A DNA stretch of 64,000 bases, from assembly GCF_009914755.1 (NCBI RefSeq), contig NC_060935.1. One strand, given 5' to 3'. This stretch comes from the human T2T-CHM13v2.0 reference genome, Homo sapiens. The notes beneath the pieces are model-generated. The model worked only from the letters and a program-made list of their open reading frames with translations, was not told where the DNA came from and ran no database searches. Position numbers and translations under genes: made by a program. Position 1 is the stretch's first letter, and each line of letters opens with the position of its first letter. This document shows positions 28,901 to 41,700 of this stretch, piece after piece.

Positions 28901-31900
28901 AATCTGCAAGTGGATATTTGGACCACTTTGTGGCCTTCCTTCGAAACGGGTATATCTTCACATCAAACCTAGACAGAAGCATTCTCAGAATGTTTCCTGT
29001 GATGACTGCATTCAACTCACAGAGGTGAACAATCCTGCTGATGGAGCAGTTTTGAAACTCTCTTTCTTTGGATTCTGCAAGTGGATATGTTGACCTCTGT
29101 GAAGATTTCGTTGGAAACGGGTTCATCTTCACAGAAAAACTAAACAGGAGCATTCTCAGAAACTGCTTTGTGATGTTTGTGTTCCACTTCAAGAATTGAA
29201 ATTTCCTCTTGACAGAGCAGCTCTGAAACCCTCTTTTTCTAGAATCTGCAAGTGGACATTTGGAGGGCTTTGAGGCCTGTGGTGGAAAAGGAAAATCTTC
29301 ACATAAAAACTAGATGGAAGCATTCTCAGAAACTACTTTGTGATGATTGCATTCGACTCACAGAGTTGAACATTCCTATAGATAGAGCAGGTTGTAAACA
29401 ATCTTTTTGTAGAATCTGCGATTGGAGATTTGGACTGCTTTGAGGCCTACTGTAGTAAAGGAAATAACTTCATCTAAAAATCAAACGGAAGCATTCACAG
29501 ACAATTCTTAGTGATCATTGGATTGAACTAACAGAGCTGAACATTCCCTTAGATGGCGCAGTTTCCAAACACACTTTCTGTAGAATCTGCAAGTGGATAT
29601 TTGGACCTCTCTGAGGATTTCGTTGGAAACGGGATAAACTTCCCAGAACTACACGGAAGCATTCTGAGAAACTTCTTTGTGATGTTTGCATTCAACTCAC
29701 AGAGTTGAACCTTGCTTTCATAGTTCAGCTTTCAAACACTCTTTTTGTAGAATCTGCAAGTGGATATTTGGACCAGTTTGTGGCCTTCCTTCGAAACGGG
29801 TATATCTTCACATCAAACCTAGACAGAAGCATTCTCAGAATGTTTCCTGTGATGACTGCATTCAACTCACAGAGGTGAACAATCCAGCTGATGGAGCACT
29901 TTTGAAACTCTCTTTCTTTGGATTCTGCAAGTGGATATGTTGACCTCTGTGAAGATTTCGTTGGAAACGGGTTCATCTTCACAGAAACACTAAACAGGAG
30001 CATTCTCAGAAACTGCTTTGTGATGTTTGTGTTCCACTTCAAGAATTGAACTTTCCTCTTGACAGAGCAGCTCTGAAACCCTCTTTTTCTAGAATCTGCA
30101 AGTGGACATTTGGAGGGCTTTGAGGCCTGTGGTGGAAAAGGAAAATCTTCACATAAAAACTAGATGGAAGCATTCTCAGAAACTACTTTGTGATGATTGC
30201 ATTCGACTCACAGAGTTGAACATTCCTATAGATAGAGTAGGTTGTAAACAATCTTTTTGTAAAATCTGCGATTGGAGATTTGGACTGCTTTGAGGCCTAC
30301 TGTAGTAAAGGAAATAACTTCATCTAAAAACCAAACGGAAGCATTTACACACAATTCTTAGTGATCATTGGATTGAACTAACAGAGCTGAACATTCCTTT
30401 AGATGGCGCAGTTTCCAAACCCACTTTCTGTAGAATCTGCAAGTGGATATTTGGACTTCTCTGAGGATTTCGTTGGAAACGGGATAAACTTCCCAGAACT
30501 ACAGGGAAGCATTGTGAGAAACTTCTTTGTGATGTTTGCATTCAACTCACAGAGTTGAACCTTGCTTTCATAGTTCAGCTTTCAAACACTCTTTTTGTAG
30601 AATCTGCAAGTGGATATTTGGACCACTTTGTGGCCTTCCTTCGAAACGGGTATATCTTCACATCAAACCTAGACAGAAGCATTCTCAGAATGTTTCCTGT
30701 GATGACTGCATTCAACTCACAGAGGTGAACAATCCTGCTGATGGAGCAGTTTTGAAACTCTCTTTCTTTGGATTCTGCAAGTGGATATGTTGACCTCTGT
30801 GAAGATTTCGTTGGAAACGGGTTCATCTTCACAGAAACACTAAACAGGAGCATTCTCAGAAACTGCTTTGTGATGTTTGTGTTCCACTTCAAGAATTGAA
30901 ATTTCCTCTTGACAGAGCAGCTCTGAAACCCTCTTTTTCTAGAATCTGCAAGTGGACATTTGGAGGGCTTTGAGGAGTGTGGTGGAAAAGGAAAATCTTC
31001 ACATAAAAACTAGATGGAAGCATTCTCAGAAACTACTTTGTGATGATTGCATTCGACTCACAGAGTTGAACATTCCTATAGATAGAGCAGGTTGTAAACA
31101 ATCTTTTTGTAGAATCTGCGATTGGAGATTTGGACTGCTTTGAGGCCTACTGTAGTAAAGGAAATAACTTCATCTAAAAATCAAACGGAAGCATTCACAG
31201 ACAATTCTTAGTGATCATTGGATTGAACTAACAGAGCTGAACATTCCCTTAGATGGCGCAGTTTCCAAACACACTTTCTGTAGAATCTGCAAGTGGATAT
31301 TTGGACCTCTCTGAGGATTTCGTTGGAAACGGGATAAACTTCCCAGAACTACACGGAAGCATTCTGAGAAACTTCTTTGTGATGTTTGCATTCAACTCAC
31401 AGAGTTGAACCTTGCTTTCATAGTTCAGCTTTCAAACACTCTTTTTGTAGAATCTGCATGTGGATATTTGGACCACTTTGTGGCCTTCCTTCGAAACGGG
31501 TATATCTTCACATCAAACCTAGACAGAAGCATTCTCAGAATGTTTCCTGTGATGACTGCATTCAACTCACAGAGGTGAACAATCCAGCTGATGGAGCACT
31601 TTTGAAACTCTCTTTCTTTGGATTCTGCAAGTGGATATGTTGACCTCTGTGAAGATTTCGTTGGAAACGGGTTCATCTTCACAGAAACACTAAACAGGAG
31701 CATTCTCAGAAACTGCTTTGTGATGTTTGTGTTCCACTTCAAGAATTGAACTTTCCTCTTGACAGAGCAGCTCTGAATCCCTCTTTTTCTAGAATCTGCA
31801 AGTGGACATTTGGAGGGATTTGAGGCCTGTGGTGGAAAAGGAAAATCTTCACATAAAAACTAGATGGAAGCATTCTCAGAAACTACTTTGTGATGATTGC

Positions 31901-32750
31901 ATTCGACTCACAGAGTTGAACATTCCTATAGATAGAGTAGGTTGTAAACAATCTTTTTGTAAAATCTGCGATTGGAGATTTGGACTGCTTTGAGGCCTAC
32001 TGTAGTAAAGGAAATAACTTCATCTAAAAACCAAACGGAAGCATTTACACACAATTCTTAGTGATCATTGGATTGAACTAACAGAGCTGAACATTCCTTT
32101 AGATGGCGCAGTTTCCAAACCCACTTTCTGTAGAATCTGCAAGTGGATATTTGGACTTCTCTGAGGATTTCGTTGGAAACGGGATAAACTTCCCAGAACT
32201 ACAGGGAAGCATTGTGAGAAACTTCTTTGTGATGTTTGCATTCAACTCACAGAGTTGAACCTTGCTTTCATAGTTCAGCTTTCAAACACTCTTTTTGTAG
32301 AATCTGCAAGTGGATATTTGGACCACTTTGTGGCCTTCCTTCGAAACGGGTATATCTTCACATCAAACCTAGACAGAAGCATTCTCAGAATGTTTCCTGT
32401 GATGACTGCATTGAACTCACAGAGGTGAACAATCCTGCTGATGGAGCAGTTTTGAAACTCTCTTTCTTTGGATTCTGCAAGTGGATATGTTGACCTCTGT
32501 GAAGATTTCGTTGGAAACGGGTTCATCTTCACAGAAAAACTAAACAGGAGCATTCTCAGAAACTGCTTTGTGATGTTTGTGTTCCACTTCAAGAATTGAA
32601 ATTTCCTCTTGACAGAGCAGCTCTGAAACCCTCTTTTTCTAGAATCTGCAAGTGGACATTTGGAGGGCTTTGAGGCCTGTGGTGGAAAAGGAAAATCTTC
32701 ACATAAAAACTAGATGGAAGCATTCTCAGAAACTACTTTGTGATGATTGC
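25950..32750 (+). repeat. Four tandem copies of a 1700-bp (2-HOR) super-unit
   Basis: TCAAACGG at 26081/27781/29481/31181; AATCCAGCTG at 26481/28181/29881/31581; GATAGAGTAG at 26831/28531/30231/31931; GCATTTACAC at 26941/28641/30341/32041; ATTTCCTCTT at 27501/29201/30901/32601. Confidence 0.92.
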
Positions 32751-35700
32751 ATTCGACTCACAGAGTTGAACATTCCTATAGATAGAGCAGGTTGTAAACA
32801 ATCTTTTTGTAGAATCTGTGATTGGAGATTTGGACTGCTTTGAGGCCTACTGTAGTAAAGGAAATAACTTCATCTAAAAACCAAACGGAAGCATTCACAG
32901 ACAATTCTTAGTGATCATTGGATTGAACTAACAGAGCTGAACATTCCTTCAGATGGAGGAGTTTCCAAACACACTTTCTGTAGAATCTGCAAGTGGATAT
33001 TTGGACTTCTCTGAGGATTTCGTTGGAAACGGGATAAACTTCCCAGAACTACAGGGAAGCATTGTGAGAAACTTCTTTGTGATGTTTGCATTCAACTCAC
33101 AGAGTTGAACCTTGCTTTCATAGTTCAGCTTTCAAACACTCTTTTTGTAGAATCTGCAAGTGGATATTTGGACCACTTTGTGGCCTTCCTTCGAAACGGG
33201 TATATCTTCACATCAAACCTAGACAGAAGCATTCTCAGAATGTTTCCGGTGATGACTGCATTCAACTCACAGAGGTGAACAATCCTGTTGATGGAGCAAT
33301 TTTGAAACTCTCTTTCTTTGGATTCTGCAAGTTGATATGTGGACCTCTGTGAAGATTTCGTTGGAAACGGGTTCATCTTCACAGAAAAACTAAACAGAAG
33401 CATTCTCAGAAACTGCTTTGTGATGTTTGTGTTCCACTTCAAGAATTGAACTTTCCTCTTGACAGAGCAGCTCTGAAACCCTCTTTTTCTAGAATCTGCA
33501 AGTGGACATTTGGAGGGCTTTGAGGCCTGTGGTGGAAAAGGAAAATCTTCACATAAAAACTAGATGGAAGCATTCTCAGAAACTACTTTGTGATGATTGC
33601 ATTCGACTCACAGAGTTGAACATTCCTATAGATAGAGCAGGTTGTAAACAATCTTTTTGTAGAATCTGCGATTGGAGATTTGGACTGCTTTGAGGCCTAC
33701 TGTAGTAAAGGAAATAACTTCATCTAAAAACAAAACGGAAGCATTCACAGACAATTCTTAGTGATCATTGGATTGAACTAACAGAGCTGAACATTCCTTT
33801 AGATGGAGCAGTTTCCAAACACACTTTCTGTAGAATCTGCAAGTGGATATTTGGACTTCTCTGAGGATTTCGTTGGAAACGGGATAAACTTCCCAGAACT
33901 ACACGGAAGCATTGTGAGAAACTTCTTTGTGATGTTTGCATTCAACTCACAGAGTTGAACCTTGCTTTCATAGTTCAGCTTTCAAACACTCTTTTTGTAG
34001 AATCTGCAAGTGGATATTTGGACCACTTTGTGGCCTTCCTTCGAAACGGGTATATCTTCACATCAAACCTAGACAGAAGCATTCTCAGAATGTTTCCTGT
34101 GATGACTGCATTCAACTCACAGAGGTGAACAATCCTGCTGATGGAGCACTTTTGAAACTCTCTTTCTTTGGATTCTGCAAGTGGATATGTGGACCTCTGT
34201 GAAGATTTTGTTGGAAACGGGTTCATCTTCACAGAAACACTAAACAGGAGCATTCTCAGAAACTGCTTTGTGATGTTTGTGTTCCACTTCAAGAATTGAA
34301 CTTTCCTCTTGACAGAGCAGCTCTGAAACCCTCTTTTTCTAGAATCTGCAAGTGGACATTTGGAGGGATTTGAGGCCTGTGGTGGAAAAGGAAAATCTTC
34401 ACATAAAAACTAGATGGAAGCATTCTCAGAAACTACTTTGCGATGATTGCATTCGACTCACAGAGTTGAACATTCCTATAGATAGAGCAGGTTGTAAACA
34501 ATCTTTTTGTAGAATCTGCGATTGGAGATTTGGACTGCTTTGAGGCCTTCTGTAGTAAAGGAAATAACTTCATCTAAAAACCAAACGGAAGCATTCACAG
34601 ACAATTCTTAGTGATCATTGGATTGAACTAACAGAGCTGAACATTCCTTCAGATGGAGGAGTTTCCAAACACACTTTCTGTAGAATCTGCAAGTGGATAT
34701 TTGGACTTCTCTGAGGATTTCGTTGGAAACGGGATAAACTTCCCAGAACTACACGGAAGCATTGTGAGAAACTTCTTTGTGATGTTTGCATTCAACTCAC
34801 AGAGTTGAACCTTGCTTTCATAGTTCAGCTTTCAAACACTCTTTTTGTAGAATCTGCAAGTGGATATTTGGACCACTTTGTGGCCTTCCTTCGAAACGGG
34901 TATATCTTCACATCAAACCTAGACAGAAGCATTCTCAGAATGTTTCCTGTGATGACTGCATTCAACTCACAGAGGTGAACAATCCTGTTGATGGAGCAGT
35001 TTTGAAACTCTCTTTCTTTGGGTTCTGCAAGTTGATATGTGGACCTCTGTGAAGATTTCGTTGGAAACGGGTTCATCTTCACAGAAAAACTAAACAGAAG
35101 CATTCTCAGAAACTGCTTTGTGATGTTTGTGTTCCACTTCAAGAATTGAACTTTCCTCTTGACAGAGCAGCTCTGAAACCCTCTTTTTCTAGAATCTGCA
35201 AGTGGACATTTGGAGGGCTTTGAGGCCTGTGGTGGAAAAGGAAAATCTTCACATAAAAACTAGATGGAAGCATTCTCAGAAACTACTTTGTGATGATTGC
35301 ATTCGACTCACAGAGTTGAATATTCCTATAGATAGAGCAGATTGTAAACAATCTTTTTGTAGAATCTGCGATTGGAGATTTGGACTGCTTTGAGGCCTAC
35401 TGTAGTAAAGGAAATAACTTCATCTAAAAACCAAACGGAAGCATTCACAGACAATTCTTAGTGATCATTGGATTGAACTAACAGAGCTGAACATTCCTTT
35501 AGATGGAGCAGTTTCCAAACACACTTTCTGTAGAATCTGCAAGTGGATATTTGGACTTCTCTGAGGATTTCGTTGGAAACGGGATAAACTTCCCAGAACT
35601 ACACGGAAGCATTCTGAGAAACTTCTTTCTGATGTTTGCATTCAACTCACAGAGTTGAACCTTGCTTTCATAGTTCAGCTTTCAAACACTCTTTTTGTAG

Positions 35701-38700
35701 AATCTGCAAGTGGATATTTGGACCACTTTGTGGCCTTCCTTCGAAACGGGTATATCTTCACATCAAACCAAGACAGAAGCATTCGCAGAATGTTTCCTGT
35801 GATGACTGCATTCAACTCACAGAGGTGAACAATCCTGTTGATGGAGCAGTTTTGAAACTCTCTTTCTTTGGATTCCGCAAGTTGATATGTGGACCTCTGT
35901 GAAGATTTCGTTGGAAACGGGTTCATCTTCACAGAAAAACTAAACAGAATCATTCTCAGAAACTGCTTTGTGATGTTTGTGTTCCACTTCAAGAATTGAA
36001 CTTTCCTCTTGACAGAGCAGCTCTGAAACCCTCTTTTTCTAGAATCTGCAAGTGGACATTTGGAGGGCTTTGAGGTCTGTGGTGGAAAAGGAAAATCTTC
36101 ACATAAAAACTAGATGGAAGCATTCTCAGAAACTACTTTGTGATGATTGCATTCGACCCACAGAGTTGAACATTCCTATAGATAGAGCAGGTTGTAAACA
36201 ATCTTTTTGTAGAATCTGCGATTGGAGATTTGGACTGCTTTGAAGCCTACTGTAGTAAAGGAAATAACTTCATCTAAAAACCAAACGGAAGCATTCACAG
36301 ACAATTCTTAGTGATCATTGGATTGAACTAACAGAGCTGAACATTCCCTTAGATGGCGCAGTTTCCAAACACACTTTCTGTAGAATCTGCAAGTGGATAT
36401 TTGGACCTCTCTGAGGATTTCGTTGGAAACGGGATAAACTTCCCAGAACTACACGGAAGCATTGTGAGAAACTTCTTTGTGATGTTTGCATTCAACTCAC
36501 AGAGTTGAACCTTGCTTTCATAGTTCAGCTTTCAAACACTCTTTTTGTAGAATCTGCAAGTGGATATTTGGACCACTTTGTGGCCTTCCTTCGAAACGGG
36601 TATATCTTCACATCAAACCTAGACAGAAGCATTCTCAGAATGTTTCCTGTGATGACTGCATTCAACTCACAGAGGTGAACAATCCTGCTGATGGAGCAGT
36701 TTTGAAACTCTCTTTCTTTGGATTCTGCAAGTGGATATTTTGACCTCTGTGAAGATTTCGTTGGAAACGGGTTCATCTTCACAGAAAAACTAAACAGGAG
36801 CATTCTCAGAAACTGCTTTGTGATGTTTGTGTTCCACTTCAAGAATTGAACTTTCCTCTTGACAGAGCAGCTCTGAAACCCTCTTTTTCTAGAATCTGCA
36901 AGTGGACATTTGGAGGGATTTGAGGCCTGTGGTGGAAAAGGAAAATCTTCACATAAAAACTAGATGGAAGCATTCTCAGAAACTACTTTGTGATGATTGC
37001 ATTCGACTCACAGAGTTGAACATTCCTATAGATAGAGCAGGTTGTAAACAATCTTTTTGTAGAATCTGCGATTGGAGATTTGGACTGCTTTGAGGCCTAC
37101 TGTAGTAAAGGAAATAACTTCATCTAAAAACCAAACGGAAGCATTCACAGACAATTCTTAGTGATCATTGGATTGAACTAACAGAGCTGAACATTCCTTC
37201 AGATGGAGCAGTTTCCAAACACACTTTCTGTAGAATCTGCAAGTGGATATTTGGACTTCTCTGAGGATTTCGTTGGAAACGGGATAAAATTCCCAGAACT
37301 ACACGGAAGCATTGTGAGAAATTTCTTTGTGATGTTTGCATTCAACTCACAGAGTTGAACCTTGCTTTCATAGTTCAGCTTTCAAACACTCTTTTTGTAG
37401 AATCTCCAAGTGGATATTTGGACCACTTTGTGGCCTTCCTTCGAAACGGGTATATCTTCACATCAAACCTAGACAGAAGCATTCTCAGAATGTTTCCTGT
37501 GATGACTGCATTCAACTCACAGAGGTGAACAATCCTGCTGATGGAGCAGTTTTGAAACTCTCTTTCTTTGGATTCTGCAAGTGGATATGTGGACCTCTGT
37601 GCAGATTTCGTTGGAAACGGGTTCATCTTCACAGAAACACTAAACAGGAGCATTCTCAGAAACTGCTTTGTGATGTTTGTGTTCCACTTCAAGAATTGAA
37701 CTTTCCTCTTGACAGAGCAGCTCTGAAACCCTCTTTTTCTAGAATCTGCAAGTGGATATTTGGAGGGATTTGAGGCCTGTGGTGGAAAAGGAAAATCTTC
37801 ACATAAAAACTAGATGGAAGCATTCTCAGAAACTACTTTGTGATGATTGCATTCGACTCACAGAGTTGAACATTCCTATAGATAGAGCAGGTTGTAAACA
37901 ATCTTTTTGTAGAATCTGCGATTGGAGATTTGGACTGCTTTGAGGCCTACTGTAGTAAAGGAAATAACTTCATCTAAAAACCAAACGGAAGCATTCACAG
38001 ACAATTCTTAGTGATCATTGGATTGAACTAACAGAGCTGAACATTCCTTTAGATGGAGCAGTTTCCAAACCCACTTTCTGTAGAATCTGCAAGTGGATAT
38101 TTGGACTTCTCTGAGGATTTCGTTGGAAATGGGATAAACTTCCCAGAACTACACGGAAGCATTGTGAGAAACTTCTTTGTGATGTTTGCATTCAACTCAC
38201 AGAGTTGAAACTTGCTTTCATAGTTCAGCTTTCAAACACTCTTTTTGTAGAATCTGCAAGTGGATATTTTGACCACTTTGTGGACTTCCTTCGAAACGGG
38301 TATATCTTCACATCAAACCTAGACAGAAGCATTCTCAGAATGTTTCCTGTGATGACTGCATTCAACTCACAGAGGTGAACAATCCTGCTGATGGAGCAGT
38401 TTTGAAACTCTCTTTCTTTGGATTCTGCAAGTGGATATGTGGACCTCTGTGAAGATTTCGTTTGAAACGGGTTCTCTTCACAGAAAAACTAAACAGAAGC
38501 ATTCTCAGAAACTACTTTGTGATGTTTGTGTTCCACTTCAAGAATTGAACTTTCCTCTTGACAGAGCAGCTCTGAAACCCTCTTTTTCTAGAATCTGCAA
38601 GTGGACATTTGGAGGGCTTTGAGGCCTGTGGTGGAAAAGGAAAATCTTCACATAAAAACTAGATGGAAGCATTCTCAGAAACTACTTTGTGATGATTGCA

Positions 38701-41700
38701 TTCGACTCACAGAGTTGAACATTCCTATAGATAGAGCAGGTTGTAAACAATCTTTTTGTAGAATCTGCGATTGGAGATTTGGACTGCTTTGAGGCCTACT
38801 GTAGTAAAGGAAATAACTTCATCTAAAAACCAAACGGAAGCATTCACAGACAATTCTTAGTGATCATTGCATTGAACTAACAGAGGTGAACATTCCTTTA
38901 GATGGCGCAGTTTCCAAACACACTTTCTGTAGAATCTGCAAGTGGATATTTGGACCTCTCTGAGGATTTCGTTGGAAACGGGATAAATTCCCAGAACTAC
39001 ACGGAAGCATTGTGAGAAAATTCTTTGTGATGTTTGCATTCAATTCACAGAGTTGAACCTTGCTTTCATAGTTCAGCTTTCAAACACTCTTTTTGTAGAA
39101 TCTGCAAGTGGATATTTGGACCACTTTGTGGCCTTCCTTCGAAACGGGTATATCTTCACATCAAACCTAGACAGAAGCATTCTCAGAATGTTTCCTGTGA
39201 TGACTGCATTCAACTCACAGAGGTGAACAATCCTGCTGATGGAGCAGTTTTGAAACTCTCTTTCTTTGGATTCTGCAAGTGGATATGTGGACCTCTGTGA
39301 AGATTTAATTGGTAACGGGTTCATCTTCACAGAAAAACTAAACAGGAGCATTCTCAGAAACTGCTTTGTGATGTTTGTGTTCCACTTAAAGAATTGAACT
39401 TTCCTCTTGACAGAGCAGCTCTGAAACCCTCTTTTTCTAGAATCTGCAAGTGGACATTTGGAGGGCTTTGAGGCCTGTGGTGGAAAAGGAAAATCTTCAC
39501 ATAAAAACTTTATGGAAGCATTCTCAGAAACTTCTTTGTGATGATTGCATTCGACTCACAGAGTTGAACATTCCTATAGATAGAGCAGGTTGTAAACAAT
39601 CTTTTTGTAGAATCTGCGATTGGAGATTTGGACTGCTTTGAGGCCTACTGTAGTAAAGGAAATTACTTCATCGAAAAACCAAACGGAAGCATTCACAGAC
39701 AATTCTTAGTGATCATTGGATTGAACTAACAGAGCTGAACATTCCTTTAGATGGCGCAGTTTCCAAACACACTTTCTGTAGAATCTGCAAGTGGATATTT
39801 GGACCTCTCTGAGGATTTCGTTGGAAACGGGATAAACTTCCCAGAACTACACGGAAGCATTCTGAGAAACTTCTTTGTGATGTTTGCATTCAACTCACAG
39901 AGTTGAACCTTGCTTTCATAGTTCAGCTTTCAACACTCTTTTTGTAGAATCTGCAAGTGGATATTTTGACCACTTAGTGGGCTTCCTTCGAAACGGGTAT
40001 ATCTTCACATCAAACCTAGACAGAAGCATTCTCAGAATGTTTCCTGTGATGACTGCATTCAACTCACAGAGGTGAACAATCCTGCTGATGGAGCAGTTTT
40101 GAAACTCTCTTTCTTTGGATTCTGCAAGTGGATATGTGGACCTCTGTGAAGATTTCGTTGGAAACGGGTTCATCTTCACAGAAAAACTAAACAGAAGCAT
40201 TCTCAGAAACTGCTTTGTGATGTTTGTGTTCCACTTCAGGAATTGAACTTTCCTCTTGACAGAGCAGCTCTGAAACCCTCTTATTCTAGAATCTGCAAGT
40301 GGACATTTGGAGGGCTTTGAGGCCTGTGGTGGAAAAGGAAAATCTTCACATAAAAACTAGATGGAAGCATTCTCAGAAACTACTTTGTGATGATTGCATT
40401 CGACTCACAGAGTTGAACATTCCTATAGATAGAGCAGGTTGTAAACAATCTTTTTGTAGAATCTGCGATTGGAGATTTGGACTGCTTTGAGGCCTACTGT
40501 AGTAAAGGAAATAACTTCATCTAAAAACCAAACGGAAGCATTCACAGACAATTCTTAGTGATCATTGGATTGAACTAACAGAGCTGAACATTCCTTTAGA
40601 TGGAGCAGTTTCCAAACCCACTTTCTGTAGTATCTGCAAGTGGATATTTGGACTTCTCTGAGGATTTCGTTGGAAACGGGATAAACTTCCCAGAACTACA
40701 CGGAAGCATTGTGAGAAACTTCTTTGTGATGTTTGCATTCAACTCACAGAGTTGAACCTTGCTTTCATAGTTCAGCTTTCAAACACTCTTTTTGTAGAAT
40801 CTGCAAGTGGATATTTGGACCACTTTGTGGCCTTCCTTCGAAACGGGTATATCTTCCCATCAAACCTAGACAGAAGCATTCTCAGAATGTTTCCTGTGAT
40901 GACTGCATTCAACTCACAGAGGTGAACAATCCTGTTGATGGAGCACTTTTTAAACTCTCTTTCTTTGGATTCTGCAAGTTGATATGTGGACCTCTGTGAA
41001 GATTTCGTTGGAAACGGGTTCATCTTCACAGAAAAACTAAACAGAAGCATTCTCAGAAGCTACTTTGTGATGTTTGTGTTCCACTTCAAGAATTGAACTT
41101 TCCTCTTGACAGAGCAGCTCTGAAACCCTCTTTTTCTAGAATCTGCAAGTGGACATTTGGAGGGCTTTGGGGCCTGTGGTGGAAAAGGAAAATCTTCACA
41201 TAAAAACTAGATGGAAGCATTCTCAGAAACTACTTTGTGATGATTGCATTCGACTCACAGAGTTGAACATTCCTATAGATAGAGCAGGTTGTAAACAATC
41301 TTTTTGTAGAATCTGCGATTGGAGATTTGGACTGCTTTGAGGCCTACTGTAGTAAAGGAAATAACTTCATCTAAAAACCAAACGGAAGCATTCACAGACA
41401 ATTCTTAGTGATCATTGGATTGAACTAACAGAGCTGAACATTCCTTTAGATGGAGCAGTTTCCAAACACACTTTCTGTAGAATCTGCAAATGGATATTTG
41501 GACATCTCTGAGGATTTCGTTGGAAACGGGATAAACTTCCCAGAACTACACGGAAGCATTCTGAGAAACTTCTTTGTGATGTTTGCATTCAACTCACAGA
41601 GTTGAACCTTGCTTTCATAGTTCAGCTTTCAAACACTCTTTTTGTAGAATCTGCAAGTGGATATTTGGACCACTTTGTGGTCTTCCTTCGAAACGGGTAT

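Larger units (their letters stand above)
1..37800 (+). repeat. Left HOR-haplotype domain (exact 850-bp register)
   Basis: There are no indels. The alleles GGAGGGATT, ATGTTGACC, AGAAACAC, CATTCCTTC/CATTCCCTT and GATTCCGCAA segregate here and were not seen after about 37.8 kb. Confidence 0.85.

Noticed and set aside
37336-37773. Longer 145-aa ORFs (also 61984-62421, 16125-16562, 22925-23362)
   Set aside because: Each results from a single SNP that removes a stop or adds a start in the satellite, which is expected by chance among 75 copies.
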